Of a stretch of DNA of 64,000 bases, positions 9,540-19,986 are shown in pieces. How positions within the stretch are numbered: the first letter of the stretch is position 1; each line of letters opens with the position of its first letter. Below the pieces are notes generated by a model. That model was not told the origin of the DNA. It worked only from the letters and a program-made list of their open reading frames with translations, and did not search any database. Origin of the DNA: Acidobacteriota bacterium (lineage in GTDB: Bacteria; Acidobacteriota; UBA890; WLXD01); assembly GCA_965248695.1 (NCBI GenBank), contig CBDFKD010000002.1, positions 768,001-832,000 of the forward strand, given 5' to 3'. The position numbers and the translations under genes were made by a program.

Positions 9540-10754
9540 TTAGATTAGCGCGGCCAGGACGCGCAGAAGTCCCGCTACGTCGTTCTGATTGTTGAAGAGC
9601 GCGATCGCAGCGCGCAGTAACTTGCCTTCCTCTTGGAAGGTGACCGACACATTGTCCGCCCTCAGGGCGCTGAGTAGCGTCTCAGGATCCAGGCCGTGGT
9701 AGAAGCTCACGATCGGTGACGCGTTATCCGGCGGCGTGAACAGCTCCAGGCCGAGGTCGGCGATTCCGGCGCGCAGCTCGCGCGCCAGCGCGACGGTATG
9801 CTGCTCGACGCGATCGAGCCCCACTTCCTCAAGCACACCAAGTGCGGCGTCCATGGCGGACATGGCGCCATACGACACGTTGGCGTACTCGAACTTTTCG
9901 GCCCTCGTCTCGAGGGCGAAGCGATGATCAGGGAGGCTCTCGGCAACTTGGCCGTGGCCGTAGCGGTCAGGCGACATCCAGTCGAGGTGTTCACGACGAA
10001 CGTACAGCGGTGCGCAGCCGAAGTCGGCGAACAGCCACTTGTAGCCGTTGCCGCAGGCGAAGTCGACGCCTTCAGCGTGCAGCTCTGTCGGGAAGGTGCC
10101 GAATGCCTGGATGGCATCGGCGTAGAGATATGCCCCGTTGGCATGGGCGAGCTCGGCGAGCGATGGGAGGTGGTGGCGAAAGCCGTTGCGGTTGGAGACC
10201 CAGGCAACGCTCAGCAGGCGGGTTCGCGCATCGACGCGTGCCCCGAAGTCCTCGATGCGTGAGCGTCCGGCGTGCGACGGCACGATGCGTAGCTCGACGC
10301 CGGCACGCTTTTCGAGCTCGCGGTAGAGCACGAAGCTGGTAGTGAAATGGAGCTCGTCGAGCACGACGTTGTCGCCGGCTCTCCAATCCATGGCGTTGAC
10401 CACCACGTTCTCGCCATCGCTGGTCGAATACAGAAACGCGATCTCGTCGGCGTCGGCACCGAACAGCGCCGCGAAGCTGACCCGAGCGCGCTCCTTCGCC
10501 TCGCGGCGGCTCCCGGGGTTGCGGTAGAGCATCTTCTCGTCGGCGTAGGCCACCAGGGTGTCGCGCACGGTTCGCGACAGCGGGCCGAGCGAGGCGGTGT
10601 TGAGATAGGTGAGCTCGTTGGTGACCGGAAACTCGGAGCGCATGCCGAGCGGATCCTCGTCGGTCGAGGAGGCCAGTGCGCGCGGTCTTGGTAGTGTGGC
10701 GAGCCCGGTGGCCGCTGTCGTCTTCATGAAGCTACGCCGATTCAACCTGCTCAC
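9540..10754 (-). CDS. Tat-exported class V PLP aminotransferase-fold enzyme
   Basis: Tat motif NRRSFMK; YLNTASLGP, DAIQAFG, GNGYKWL (PLP Lys). Confidence 0.9.
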   Translation of the reverse strand: MSRLNRRSFMKTTAATGLATLPRPRALASSTDEDPLGMRSEFPVTNELTYLNTASLGPLSRTVRDTLVAYADEKMLYRNPGSRREAKERARVSFAALFGADADEIAFLYSTSDGENVVVNAMDWRAGDNVVLDELHFTTSFVLYRELEKRAGVELRIVPSHAGRSRIEDFGARVDARTRLLSVAWVSNRNGFRHHLPSLAELAHANGAYLYADAIQAFGTFPTELHAEGVDFACGNGYKWLFADFGCAPLYVRREHLDWMSPDRYGHGQVAESLPDHRFALETRAEKFEYANVSYGAMSAMDAALGVLEEVGLDRVEQHTVALARELRAGIADLGLELFTPPDNASPIVSFYHGLDPETLLSALRADNVSVTFQEEGKLLRAAIALFNNQNDVAGLLRVLAALI

Positions 10755-10776
10755 GAGGACCCTCCGGTCCGCTGCT

Positions 10777-12315
10777 TCAAGGTTGGAAGGAGACCACGGT
10801 CGAAACGGCCACCTCGGCCTCGGTTTCGATCTTGAGGGTCACGCTGTTGTTGACCCAGTCAATGGCGATCGTCCCGCACTTGGACAGGGGCTTGTTGATG
10901 ATGTGCCGATCCTGAGTGGTCAGCGCCGAGAGGTTATCGCTGATGCTGCCGACCTGCCCTGTCGGGATCGCTGCCCCGGCTGGAGCGCACTCGCCCCAGG
11001 CCTCAGGGATGCCGTTGCCGTTGGCGTCGAGCTGCGTGTAGCACCACGGGGCGCCATGCTCTGCCGTCGTGCAGCCGCCATGGGTCGTGCCTGCATGGCC
11101 GAACGGCAGCTGGCACCGGGCATCGTAGGTTCCGTTCGCCCTCGTATCGGCCCAGATCGGGAGGCGGTTGGGGTTGGGTATGTCCTCCGGGTAGTCCTGG
11201 TCGAATCCGGAGCCCGTGACCTCGTAGAAAGTCACCCCGCTCTCGCCGGTCGCCGATGGCGGCATCGTCTTCTGCAGCAGCTCGCCCCAGTGCTGGTCGC
11301 CTGAGACGAAGACTACCAGCTTGGTGTTGCCTTCTTGCACGGCCTTGTGCGTCAGTCGCAACAGCCGCTCCCGTTGCAGAGGCATCTCTGCCCAGGACTC
11401 GTAAAGGGTGCCGGAATCGTAGGTCTCACCGAGATGGTCGATCGCGGCATTGAACTCCGCTCCGTCGCCGTAGGCGCAATAGTCAGTCAGCGGTCGGTCC
11501 CGGTTCAGCGGCGGCAGCACTTGCGTGCCGGAGGCGATCACGGTGATCTCTGAAGTGACCCTCAGTTGCTGCTCCAGCCACGACCACTGCTCATCTCCCA
11601 GCATGGTGGACGCGGCCCCCTCGCAGGCGCCGTACTCGATGAACGTCGGCGAGCGATGGTAGCGGGCGTCGAGCATGATGACGTTGACGCGATCCTTCAG
11701 CGCCGCCGACCCGAACAAGGTGGCGTTGTAGACGCCTGCCCGGCCGCCGTCTCGGACATCGCGGTAGCGAATGTCGTCCGGCGGTATGTCGAAGTGGCGC
11801 AGAAACTCCAGCTGGCTCTCGACGCGCTTGGAATAGTCGTTGCCGGCGTTGTTCTCACCGAAATCGTGATCGTCCCAGGTGGCCATCACCGGTATTTGCG
11901 CCTGAAGAAACGGCTGGTAGGTATCGCCGTTCTTCTTGACATCGTAGGTGGCGCGCATCTCCGTCATGTCGGCCGTGTCGGCGTAGACGTTGTCCCCGAG
12001 CCAGAGGAACAGGTCGGGACCCTGCGCCGCCAATCGTTCCATTGCCGCCCGCGTCGTCCCGTTCTCGTCGTGCCAGCAGGAACCGAAGGAGATGGTCTCC
12101 AGGTGAGCCGCGGCGTCGGGCTGAGTGTGGGTCGACACTTGCGCGCCCGCGGACTGCGGACCCGCGGCGAGCGAGAGCGCAACGACCACCGGCAACAGCC
12201 TCAACTCGCGCCGTGCGCGATCTTGCCCCACGAACAGACGTCTGGAGCCATCGGGCAAGTGCTTGATCCTTCCGGTTGGCGCCGTCCGGGCGCGGGATGC
12301 CGGCCCGATATGCAA
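10777..12315 (-). CDS. phoD: PhoD-family alkaline phosphatase with fibronectin type II-like insert
   Basis: ISFGSC, WLGDNVYAD, TWDDHDFG, MLDARYHR, MLGDEQWSWL, SGDQHWGE. True start may be GTG 12231 or TTG 12204. Confidence 0.85.
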   Translation of the reverse strand: MHIGPASRARTAPTGRIKHLPDGSRRLFVGQDRARRELRLLPVVVALSLAAGPQSAGAQVSTHTQPDAAAHLETISFGSCWHDENGTTRAAMERLAAQGPDLFLWLGDNVYADTADMTEMRATYDVKKNGDTYQPFLQAQIPVMATWDDHDFGENNAGNDYSKRVESQLEFLRHFDIPPDDIRYRDVRDGGRAGVYNATLFGSAALKDRVNVIMLDARYHRSPTFIEYGACEGAASTMLGDEQWSWLEQQLRVTSEITVIASGTQVLPPLNRDRPLTDYCAYGDGAEFNAAIDHLGETYDSGTLYESWAEMPLQRERLLRLTHKAVQEGNTKLVVFVSGDQHWGELLQKTMPPSATGESGVTFYEVTGSGFDQDYPEDIPNPNRLPIWADTRANGTYDARCQLPFGHAGTTHGGCTTAEHGAPWCYTQLDANGNGIPEAWGECAPAGAAIPTGQVGSISDNLSALTTQDRHIINKPLSKCGTIAIDWVNNSVTLKIETEAEVAVSTVVSFQP

Positions 12316-12641
12316 CCACGGATCAAGAGCCGTCTCCAGGGAGACGCGATGGGCGCGTCTGGCATCGATCTCCCGACGATCGTGCCGAGCCGCGTGTTCG
12401 ATCCGCTCCTGACGGTCGTCTACACTGCGACGCGGAATAGCTGACGTCGGACGGACGGCCGGTGCCGGGGCGCTTCAAGCGCGCTGGCGTGTCCGTATCG
12501 ACACCCGCCTCGTGTCCGGCGGTCCGGCTGCGAAACACCCGTCGTTCAGTCCGAGCCGCGGGCTCACCACCGTATCGACAGCGAGTGCGCGTCGGGCCGG
12601 CATGTAGCTGGCGAGCAACGTCGACTCGGCAGGAAGATCAG

Positions 12642-13841
12642 ATGACTCGACACACTCCTTTTCATTCGCGCACGTGCGAGCTGAATGAAGGGCAACGCTG
12701 GGAGGACTGGGAGGGATTCCTCGCCGCGACGATGTACGGTCTCGATCCCGTGGTGGAATACAACACCATCCGTCTGGGGTGCGGGCTCTTCGATGTCTCG
12801 CCGCTCCACAAGTACGAGGTCCGCGGTCCCGATGCCCAGGCACTCCTGCAGCGTATGGTCGTGCGCGACCTCGCACCGTCACGGCCGGGACGGGCGTTCT
12901 ACACGGTCTGGTGTGACGACGATGGAAAGGTCGTCGACGACGGAGCCGTCTTCCACATCACCGAAGAGCACTTTCGGCTGACCTCGACGCTTCCAAGCCT
13001 CGAGTGGTTGATCGACAACTCCGTCGACTTCGACGTTGCGATCGAAGACGTTTCCGAGGAGGTCGTGGGCATCGCGATCCAGGGGCCGACCTCCCGCGAC
13101 CTGCTGCAAGAGCTTACGAGCGCCCAACTGAGGGCCTTGAAGTATTGGCACTGCATCGCGGCCGACGTCTGCGGAAGACCGACGTTGATCTCACGCACCG
13201 GCTATACCGGGGACCTCGGCTTCGAGATCTTCCTGCGAGCTGAAGACGCCGAAGTGATCTGGGACGCGTCGATGTCCCTGGCGCCGGACTATCAGATGCG
13301 CCCGTGTGGCCTGGTTGCCCTCGACATGGCGCGGATCGAGGCCGGACTGCCGCAGATCGATGTCGAGTTCATCTCCGCCAAGCAGACCCTCTTCGAGGTA
13401 CGGAAGATCTCTCCCCTCGAGTTGGGGCTGGGATGGATGTGCAAGCTCGACGGCGACGTTTTCGTTGGCCGCGAAGCGCTGCGAAACGAGAAGGCTAAGG
13501 GCACCTCTCGGTGGAATACCGTCGGCATCGAGCTCGACGTCACATACATCGAAAAGTACTTCAGCGAGTTCGGCATGCCCCTCCACCTGCCGGACGTACC
13601 GTGGAGCGAAGCGGTGCCGATCTACTCGGACGAAGCGCAAGAAGACCTCATCGGCCGCGGCACGAGCGGCATGTGGTCGCCCCTGCTCAAGAAGTACATC
13701 GCGATCACACGCATTCCACCCGGCTACGCGAAGCTCGGAACCTGCTTCTTCATCGAGGAGGTGATCGAGGCCAAGGCGTTCTCGATTCCGGCGAAGGTGG
13801 TCAACATGCCCTTCTTCGATCCGCCGCGGAAGAAGGCATGA
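12642..13841 (+). CDS. GcvT-family aminomethyltransferase-like protein
   Basis: TPFH, LFDVSPL, GPDA, GKVVDDG, IQGPTSR, SRTGYTGDLGFEI, ARIEAG, PFFDP. Confidence 0.92.
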   Translation: MTRHTPFHSRTCELNEGQRWEDWEGFLAATMYGLDPVVEYNTIRLGCGLFDVSPLHKYEVRGPDAQALLQRMVVRDLAPSRPGRAFYTVWCDDDGKVVDDGAVFHITEEHFRLTSTLPSLEWLIDNSVDFDVAIEDVSEEVVGIAIQGPTSRDLLQELTSAQLRALKYWHCIAADVCGRPTLISRTGYTGDLGFEIFLRAEDAEVIWDASMSLAPDYQMRPCGLVALDMARIEAGLPQIDVEFISAKQTLFEVRKISPLELGLGWMCKLDGDVFVGREALRNEKAKGTSRWNTVGIELDVTYIEKYFSEFGMPLHLPDVPWSEAVPIYSDEAQEDLIGRGTSGMWSPLLKKYIAITRIPPGYAKLGTCFFIEEVIEAKAFSIPAKVVNMPFFDPPRKKA

Positions 13842-13915
13842 ACGAGATCCCAGTGGGCGAGTGAGCATGCAAGAAGAACGCAACCGAGCTCTCAAATTTG
13901 CTTCAGGGGCAGACC

Positions 13916-15502
13916 ATGGCTGAGCGATACGACGCGATCATCGTCGGTGGCGGCCACAACGGATTGACCTGCGCCGCCTATCTCGCCAAGGCAGGGCAAA
14001 AGGTGCTGGTGCTCGAACGACGGCACCTCGTGGGCGGCGCCGCCGTGACCGAAGAAATCTATCCGGGCTTCAAATATTCGGTCTGCTCCTACGTCGTCAG
14101 CCTGTTGCGCCCCGAGGTGACGCGCGAGCTCGACCTCGGCAGACACGGCCTCCAGATCTGTCCCCAGGAGTTCGTCTATCTCCCAATGGAGAACGGCGAT
14201 CATCTGGTCACCCACGGTGATCCCCACAAGACCCGGGCGGAGTTTCGTCGCTTCTCGAGGAAGGACGCCGACCGTGCCGAGCATTTCGAGGACTTGATGT
14301 ACCGCATGGCGTTCGCTGTGAAGCCCATCCTCGGATACAAGCCGCCGAATATCTCGGCCCCGAGTCTGCGGGACCTCAGCACCCTGAGAGAGTTTGGCGG
14401 CCACCTGAGAGGGCTCGGCAAGGATACGTTTCATCAGCTCACCAAGATCATGACGATGAGCGCCGACGACTTCGTCGGCGAGTTCTTCGAAACGCCGATC
14501 ATTCGCGCCATGCACAGCCTGAGCGGTGTCATCGGCACCATGCTCGGCCCCAAATCACCCGGCACCGCATACGTGCTCCTACATCACTACATGGGCGACC
14601 TCGACGGTGCGTTCTCGGCGTGGGGAGCGCAAAAGGGTGGCACGGGCATGGTGAGCGAGGCGATTGCGAGTGCCGCACGCGAGCACGGCGCGGAGATTCG
14701 CGTCAACGCGCCCGTGTCGCAGATCATCATCAAGAACGGCACCGCTGTGGGTGTGGCGCTAGAGAACGGCGACGAGCTCTACGCGAAGACGATCGCGACG
14801 GGCTGCGACCCGCACGTCTCCTTTCGCAAGCTCGTCGACGAGAAGGAGCTGCCGGAAGATTTCGTGCGCACCATCGACAACTTCAAATTCCGTGGATCGT
14901 CGGGCAAGGTCAACATCGCCCTCGATGGAATCCCCAAGTTCACCGGGATGGAGGATCTCCGACACCTGAGTGGGGCGATCGATATCTGTCCCAGTACGGA
15001 CTACGTCGAGCAGGCCTATGACGACGCCAAATACGGTGGCTTCTCCAAGCGCCCCGCGATGGAGATCTGCATCCCCTCGATCAACGACCCGACGATGGCG
15101 CCGCCCGGGAAGCACATGATGTCGATTTTCGTGCAGTACTGCGCGTACGATCTCGAGCACTACGGCAACCGCGATCAACAGCGTGAAGCCTTCGGCAACG
15201 CGGTCATCGACACCGTCCAGGAATTCTGCCCGAACATCAAGGATCTCATCCTGCACAAGCAGGTCCTGACGCCCTGGGATCTGGAACAGATGATCGGGCT
15301 GACCGAGGGCAACATCTTCCACGGAGAGCTGACCCTCGATCAGCTTTTCTTCTCGCGGCCCGCCGCCGGATTCGCGGACTACAAGACTCCCATCCGTAAC
15401 TACTGGCAGTGCGGTTCGGGCGCCCACCCCGGTGGCGGCATCATGGCGATGCCCGGCCGGTTGGCCGCCAAGGAGATTCTCGGCGGACGGCTCGTCGTGT
15501 AG
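13916..15502 (+). CDS. Phytoene-desaturase-like FAD oxidoreductase (PYROXD2-type), copy 1
   Basis: YDAIIVGGGHNGL, ERRHLVGGAAVTEE, GNIFHGEL, CGSGAHPGGGI. Confidence 0.92.
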   Translation: MAERYDAIIVGGGHNGLTCAAYLAKAGQKVLVLERRHLVGGAAVTEEIYPGFKYSVCSYVVSLLRPEVTRELDLGRHGLQICPQEFVYLPMENGDHLVTHGDPHKTRAEFRRFSRKDADRAEHFEDLMYRMAFAVKPILGYKPPNISAPSLRDLSTLREFGGHLRGLGKDTFHQLTKIMTMSADDFVGEFFETPIIRAMHSLSGVIGTMLGPKSPGTAYVLLHHYMGDLDGAFSAWGAQKGGTGMVSEAIASAAREHGAEIRVNAPVSQIIIKNGTAVGVALENGDELYAKTIATGCDPHVSFRKLVDEKELPEDFVRTIDNFKFRGSSGKVNIALDGIPKFTGMEDLRHLSGAIDICPSTDYVEQAYDDAKYGGFSKRPAMEICIPSINDPTMAPPGKHMMSIFVQYCAYDLEHYGNRDQQREAFGNAVIDTVQEFCPNIKDLILHKQVLTPWDLEQMIGLTEGNIFHGELTLDQLFFSRPAAGFADYKTPIRNYWQCGSGAHPGGGIMAMPGRLAAKEILGGRLVV

Positions 15503-15531
15503 CAGGCCACACTTTCACCACGGCCTGCTAG
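15500..15531. repeat. Intergenic inverted repeat / dispersed 24-bp repeat, copy 1
   Basis: TAGCAGGCC-N13-GGCCTGCTA 9-bp stem; 15508-15531 matches 53637-53660 at 22/24. Confidence 0.65.
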
Positions 15532-15606
15532 GCTACGCCCGCCTTCGCGCGGGACCTCGTCGATTCGACCTCACTCAACCCTGTACTCGACAGAGGAAAG
15601 AACGTC

Positions 15607-17202
15607 TTGGGCAACTACGACGCGATCGTCATCGGAGCGGGGCACAACGGGCTGGTCACTGCCGCCTACCTGGCCAGGGCAGGACGCAAGGTCTTGGTGC
15701 TCGAGCGGCGCGGCATTGTGGGCGGCGCTGCGGTCACCGAGGAGATCTTTTCCGGCTTCAAGGTCTCGAGCGTGGCAGATGGCTGCGGCTATCTCTCGCC
15801 CGCCGTACGTCGCGATCTCGAGCTCGATTCTCGCGTCGAGACGATCGACTCGGAAGTCGTCGCCTTCTGCCCCCAGCCCGACGCTTCCCAGCTGACCATC
15901 CACCGCGATAGCGCCAAGACCATGCAGCAGATCGCGGCTTTCTCGCGGGCCGACGCCGATGCCTATCCGAAATTCATCGAGCTCATGCAGGCGCTGGCGG
16001 GGGTTGTGGGCGCGCTTGGACATATGACGCCGCTCGACCTCCCCGATATCTCCTTCGGTGACCTGCGCGGCGCGGTGGGATTGCTCGGCCCGGGACGAAA
16101 GCTCGGTCGCAAGCGGATCTCCGAGCTGCTGCGAATCCTGCCGATGCCCGCCGCCGACATTCTGAACGAGTATTTCGATTCGAAGGTCGTAAAGGGCGCG
16201 ATCGGCGCGAACAGCTCGCTGGGCATCTCGTTGGGACCCCAGGAATCGGGTACTGCCTACACCATGCTCTACAACTGGGCGCTCAGCGGGAACGGATTAT
16301 TTCGCTCAGCCGGCGTTGTCAAGGGCGGCATGGGGGCGCTCTGCGATGCGATCGCAGACGCGGCCCGGGGCTTCGGGGCCGACATCCGAACCGACGCGCC
16401 GGTTTCGCGGATCACTGTGGAGGATGGGCGCGCAACGGGCGTCGAGCTCGCGAACGGCGAAGCGTTGACGGCATCGACGATTGTCTCGAACGCCGACCCG
16501 CGCACCACCTTCACCCGACTCCTCGCTCCCCGTGGGCTCGAGACCAAGCTGCTCAAGCACATCGACAACATCAAGTACGGGGGCACGGGCCTGCGCATCC
16601 ATCTTGCGCTGAGCGGGTTGCCGGAGTTTGCGGCTCTTGCGGGCAGCTCGGCGGCGGACTCTCTGGCGCGGCTCGGTGCCCCGATCCAGATCGCACCATC
16701 GCTCGAGTACATCGAGCGGGCCTACGATTGCAGCAAATTCGGTCGCTTCTCCGAGTTCCCCTTCCTCGACATCTTGATCCCCTCCGTACTGGACCCGAGC
16801 GCCGCTCCCGACGGACAACACCTGATGTCGATCACCGCGAAATACGGCCCCAACGAACTTCGCGACGGTGACTGGGAGACGCAGAAGGAAGTCTTCGCGG
16901 ACGTCGTGGTGAATACGCTGGCGGTGTACGTGCCGGGCATTCGCGAGCTCGTTCGTCAGCGACGCGTTCTCTCCATGGACGACCTCGAGAGCACCTACGG
17001 TTTGCCTGAGGGCAACCCCAATCACGGCGAGATGATCCTCAACCAGTTCTTCCACATGCGGCCGATTCCCGGCCACGCGCAATATCGAACGCCGATCGGC
17101 GGGATGTATCTCTGCGGCGCAAGTTGCCATCCGGGTGGCGGCGTCACCGGCGTACCGGGCCACAACGCGGCGCGCGAGATATTGAAGGACGCGAACAGGT
17201 AG
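15607..17202 (+). CDS. Phytoene-desaturase-like FAD oxidoreductase, copy 2
   Basis: YDAIVIGAGHNGL, GGAAVTEE, GNPNHGEM, CGASCHPGGGVTG. Confidence 0.92.
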   Translation: MGNYDAIVIGAGHNGLVTAAYLARAGRKVLVLERRGIVGGAAVTEEIFSGFKVSSVADGCGYLSPAVRRDLELDSRVETIDSEVVAFCPQPDASQLTIHRDSAKTMQQIAAFSRADADAYPKFIELMQALAGVVGALGHMTPLDLPDISFGDLRGAVGLLGPGRKLGRKRISELLRILPMPAADILNEYFDSKVVKGAIGANSSLGISLGPQESGTAYTMLYNWALSGNGLFRSAGVVKGGMGALCDAIADAARGFGADIRTDAPVSRITVEDGRATGVELANGEALTASTIVSNADPRTTFTRLLAPRGLETKLLKHIDNIKYGGTGLRIHLALSGLPEFAALAGSSAADSLARLGAPIQIAPSLEYIERAYDCSKFGRFSEFPFLDILIPSVLDPSAAPDGQHLMSITAKYGPNELRDGDWETQKEVFADVVVNTLAVYVPGIRELVRQRRVLSMDDLESTYGLPEGNPNHGEMILNQFFHMRPIPGHAQYRTPIGGMYLCGASCHPGGGVTGVPGHNAAREILKDANR

Positions 17203-17277
17203 CGCGCACGTCCGCGAGTCCAGCGTGCGGACGGCGACGTGGCTCCTGCCATGCCCGAAGATCGGTTCGATCGGATC

Positions 17278-19983
17278 TCAGTCGGAGCGCAGGCTCACCA
17301 CAGGGTCGACGGCAAGCGCCCGGAGCGCTGGCACATAGCTGGCGAGGAGGGTGACCAGAATCAACACGCCCGGAACGCCGAAGTAGATGAGCGGTTCATT
17401 GGCGTCGATGCCCTCGAGCACCGAAGCCAGGATGCGGCCCACCGGGATTGCCAGCGCGACGCCGACGCCAATGCCGATCAGGGCTAGCAAGAGCCCGCGG
17501 GTCATGACGAGACGCAGCACATCGGTACGTCGAGCGCCAAGTGCGACTCGGATCCCGACCTCTCGAGAGCGTTGTGCCACCAGATAGGCGAGCACGCCAT
17601 ACAGTCCGACCGCGGCAAGCAGCAGGGCGGTGGCGCCGAACACGGCCATGAGCCTCGTAGGCAGCTGCACCACGAACAGCGACGTGTCGACGATCTCTCG
17701 CAGCGTCCGCACGTCGTCGACCGGGATCGTCGGGTCGACTGTCCAGACTGCCTGCCGCACGCTCGCGGCAAGCGCGGCGGGATCCGGACCTTCGCCGCGA
17801 ATGGTCACGTACATGCGGCGCCACGAATCGGCCTGCTCGTACGGGGCGAAGAACGCCTGGTCGGGCGGTTGCAGCAGCGAGCTGTGCCGGAACGACTTGA
17901 CGATGCCGACGATCGTCATCCATTCGTCGGAACCGGCTTCCCGGATCCGCATGCCGATCGGATTGCCCTCTGGCAGGTATTGAAGCAGCGCTTCGTTGAC
18001 GACAATCACCAGCGGCGCGGAGGCGTCGTCGGTCTTCTCTATCAAGCGGCCGGCGACGAGCTCGGCGTGCATCGCCTCCAGGTAACCCGGGGTGACCTGC
18101 CTGAATCCGGTTGACACATAGTTGTCGGGGACTCCCTCGGCCACGAAAGCAGTCCGATTGTTGCCGAATGTGAGCGGCAGGATCGTGCTGGCCCCGGCTT
18201 CGGTCACGCCTGGGAGCATTCGGATTGCCGCGATTGCATCTGCGTAGAAAGCCCGCCGCGGCTCAGGATCGTCGTACCGCGGTCCGCTGAGGGCTAGCTC
18301 GGCCGTCAGGACCCCGGCTGGCTCGAAACCCGGATCGGTCTGTAACAGCCCTGCGAACCCCTTGACCATTAGCCCGGCGCCGGCGACCAGCACGACCGAG
18401 ACGGCTACCTCGCAGACCACCAGCATGCCGCGCAAACGACTTCGCGACACCGCATCCCGCGCAGCTCCGGATCCGGCGCGCAAGGCCCCTTGAAGGTCGG
18501 GGCGCGCGGCGCGCAGAGCGGGAGCGAGGCCGAATACCAGGCTTGTCAGCGCCGCCAGCGCGAACGTCGCCGCCATGACCCGCGGTTCTGCCCCGGCCTC
18601 AATCGCGCTGCTCGGGATCGTCTCCGCCACGAACGTCGGCAGGCTCGCCGTCAGGCTGGCACCGGCGATGTGCGAAAGGACCACACCGATGGCGCCACCG
18701 ATCAGGGCAACGAGCGCCGACTCGGTGAGCAGCTGTCGTACGACCCGCGCGCGAGAAGCTCCCAGCGACATGCGGACTGCGATCTCCGCGCGTCGCGATG
18801 ACGCCTTGGCGAGCAGCAAATTGGCGACGTTGGCGCAGCAGATCAGCAGCACGAAGGCAATTGTCGCCAGCAACACCCCGAGCGCGGGTCGCATCGGCTC
18901 GCTCATCTGGTGTCGCAATGCCACGGCTCGGGCACTGGTTCCACCGTTGCTGATCTCGTGCTCCTCGGCGAGTTGCCCCATGATCGCCTCGAGCTCCGTG
19001 CTGGCGTCCGTGGGCGTGGCACCCTTGACCAGGCGCCCGATCGGCACCACGTGTCGGTGGCGGCGGGTCTCGGTCAGATCCTCCGTGGTGAACTGTATCG
19101 GCTTCCATAGATCGCCACGCCGTTGCAGCATCGGGTAGTCGAATCCTTGCGGCATGATGCCGACGACGGTGTGCTCGCGGTCGTCGATAACCAGGCTGTC
19201 GCCGAGTAGCTCGGGATCGCCGCCCAGCCGTTGCCAGAGCTGCCAGCCGAGCACTACAACGGCGTCGGCGCCCGGTTTGCCGTCTTCCTCGACGAAGCCG
19301 CGTCCCAACAGCGGCTCGACGCGCAACACGTCGAACACGTTCGCCGTCGTCAGATAGCCACGCAGTCCTACGGGCTCATCGCCCCCGGTGAGGTTGGCTT
19401 CCCAGATGTTGTGGAAGGCGATGTCCTCGAACGTGTCACTCCGAGCACGCCAGTCGGCCCAGTCGGGAATCGAGCTGGCGTTGTACGCCGCGCCTCGATC
19501 CGGGTAGGTCGTCCAAATGACCGCCAGACGGTGATAGTCGCCGTAGGGGAGCTCGGAGAACATCAACGCGTAGACCATGCCGAAAATCGTCGCGTTGGCG
19601 GCCATACCAAGAGCCAGCGTGAATACTGCCACGGCCGTGAAGCCAGGAGCGCGGGCCAGACCGCGCACGCCGTAGCGGAGGTCCTGGGTCAGCTGAGCGA
19701 GCCAGACACTCCAGCTCGGGCCTCGATCCGATGGGCGATTGTTGCCGAGTCCGCGCTGCGGGGGCCCGTGGCGGAGCCCGGCGGTGCGTTCGCGTAGCCC
19801 ATCGCGGACCACGTTGAGGATGGTGCGCAGCCCGAGCAGCAGGGCGGCAGGGCGGCCCTCCTGGGACAGCGTGTCGACGTACAGCGAGCCAAAGTCGGCA
19901 ACCGCCATGTCGCCGTAGCGTCGACGAAACGAGCGCGGATACGCGGTCAACAGGAACCGGTACAGCTTCGTCGGTGCACGCAT
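17278..19983 (-). CDS. Duplicated MacB/FtsX ABC permease (ADOP-type)
   Basis: QDLRYGVRGLARAPGFTAVAVFTLALG, LLICCANVANLLLA, RRAEIAVRMSLGA, QLLTES, REVGIRVALGA, C-terminal RALAVDPVVSLRSD. Confidence 0.95.
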   Translation of the reverse strand: MRAPTKLYRFLLTAYPRSFRRRYGDMAVADFGSLYVDTLSQEGRPAALLLGLRTILNVVRDGLRERTAGLRHGPPQRGLGNNRPSDRGPSWSVWLAQLTQDLRYGVRGLARAPGFTAVAVFTLALGMAANATIFGMVYALMFSELPYGDYHRLAVIWTTYPDRGAAYNASSIPDWADWRARSDTFEDIAFHNIWEANLTGGDEPVGLRGYLTTANVFDVLRVEPLLGRGFVEEDGKPGADAVVVLGWQLWQRLGGDPELLGDSLVIDDREHTVVGIMPQGFDYPMLQRRGDLWKPIQFTTEDLTETRRHRHVVPIGRLVKGATPTDASTELEAIMGQLAEEHEISNGGTSARAVALRHQMSEPMRPALGVLLATIAFVLLICCANVANLLLAKASSRRAEIAVRMSLGASRARVVRQLLTESALVALIGGAIGVVLSHIAGASLTASLPTFVAETIPSSAIEAGAEPRVMAATFALAALTSLVFGLAPALRAARPDLQGALRAGSGAARDAVSRSRLRGMLVVCEVAVSVVLVAGAGLMVKGFAGLLQTDPGFEPAGVLTAELALSGPRYDDPEPRRAFYADAIAAIRMLPGVTEAGASTILPLTFGNNRTAFVAEGVPDNYVSTGFRQVTPGYLEAMHAELVAGRLIEKTDDASAPLVIVVNEALLQYLPEGNPIGMRIREAGSDEWMTIVGIVKSFRHSSLLQPPDQAFFAPYEQADSWRRMYVTIRGEGPDPAALAASVRQAVWTVDPTIPVDDVRTLREIVDTSLFVVQLPTRLMAVFGATALLLAAVGLYGVLAYLVAQRSREVGIRVALGARRTDVLRLVMTRGLLLALIGIGVGVALAIPVGRILASVLEGIDANEPLIYFGVPGVLILVTLLASYVPALRALAVDPVVSLRSD

Positions 19984-19986
19984 CGG

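Noticed and set aside
9540-10754. Selenocysteine lyase supplying the selenoproteins
   Set aside because: No conserved C-terminal catalytic Cys motif seen, and the protein appears to be exported.
13916-17202. Carotenoid biosynthesis (crtI)
   Set aside because: No crtB/crtE in the window; the context is a GcvT-like gene.
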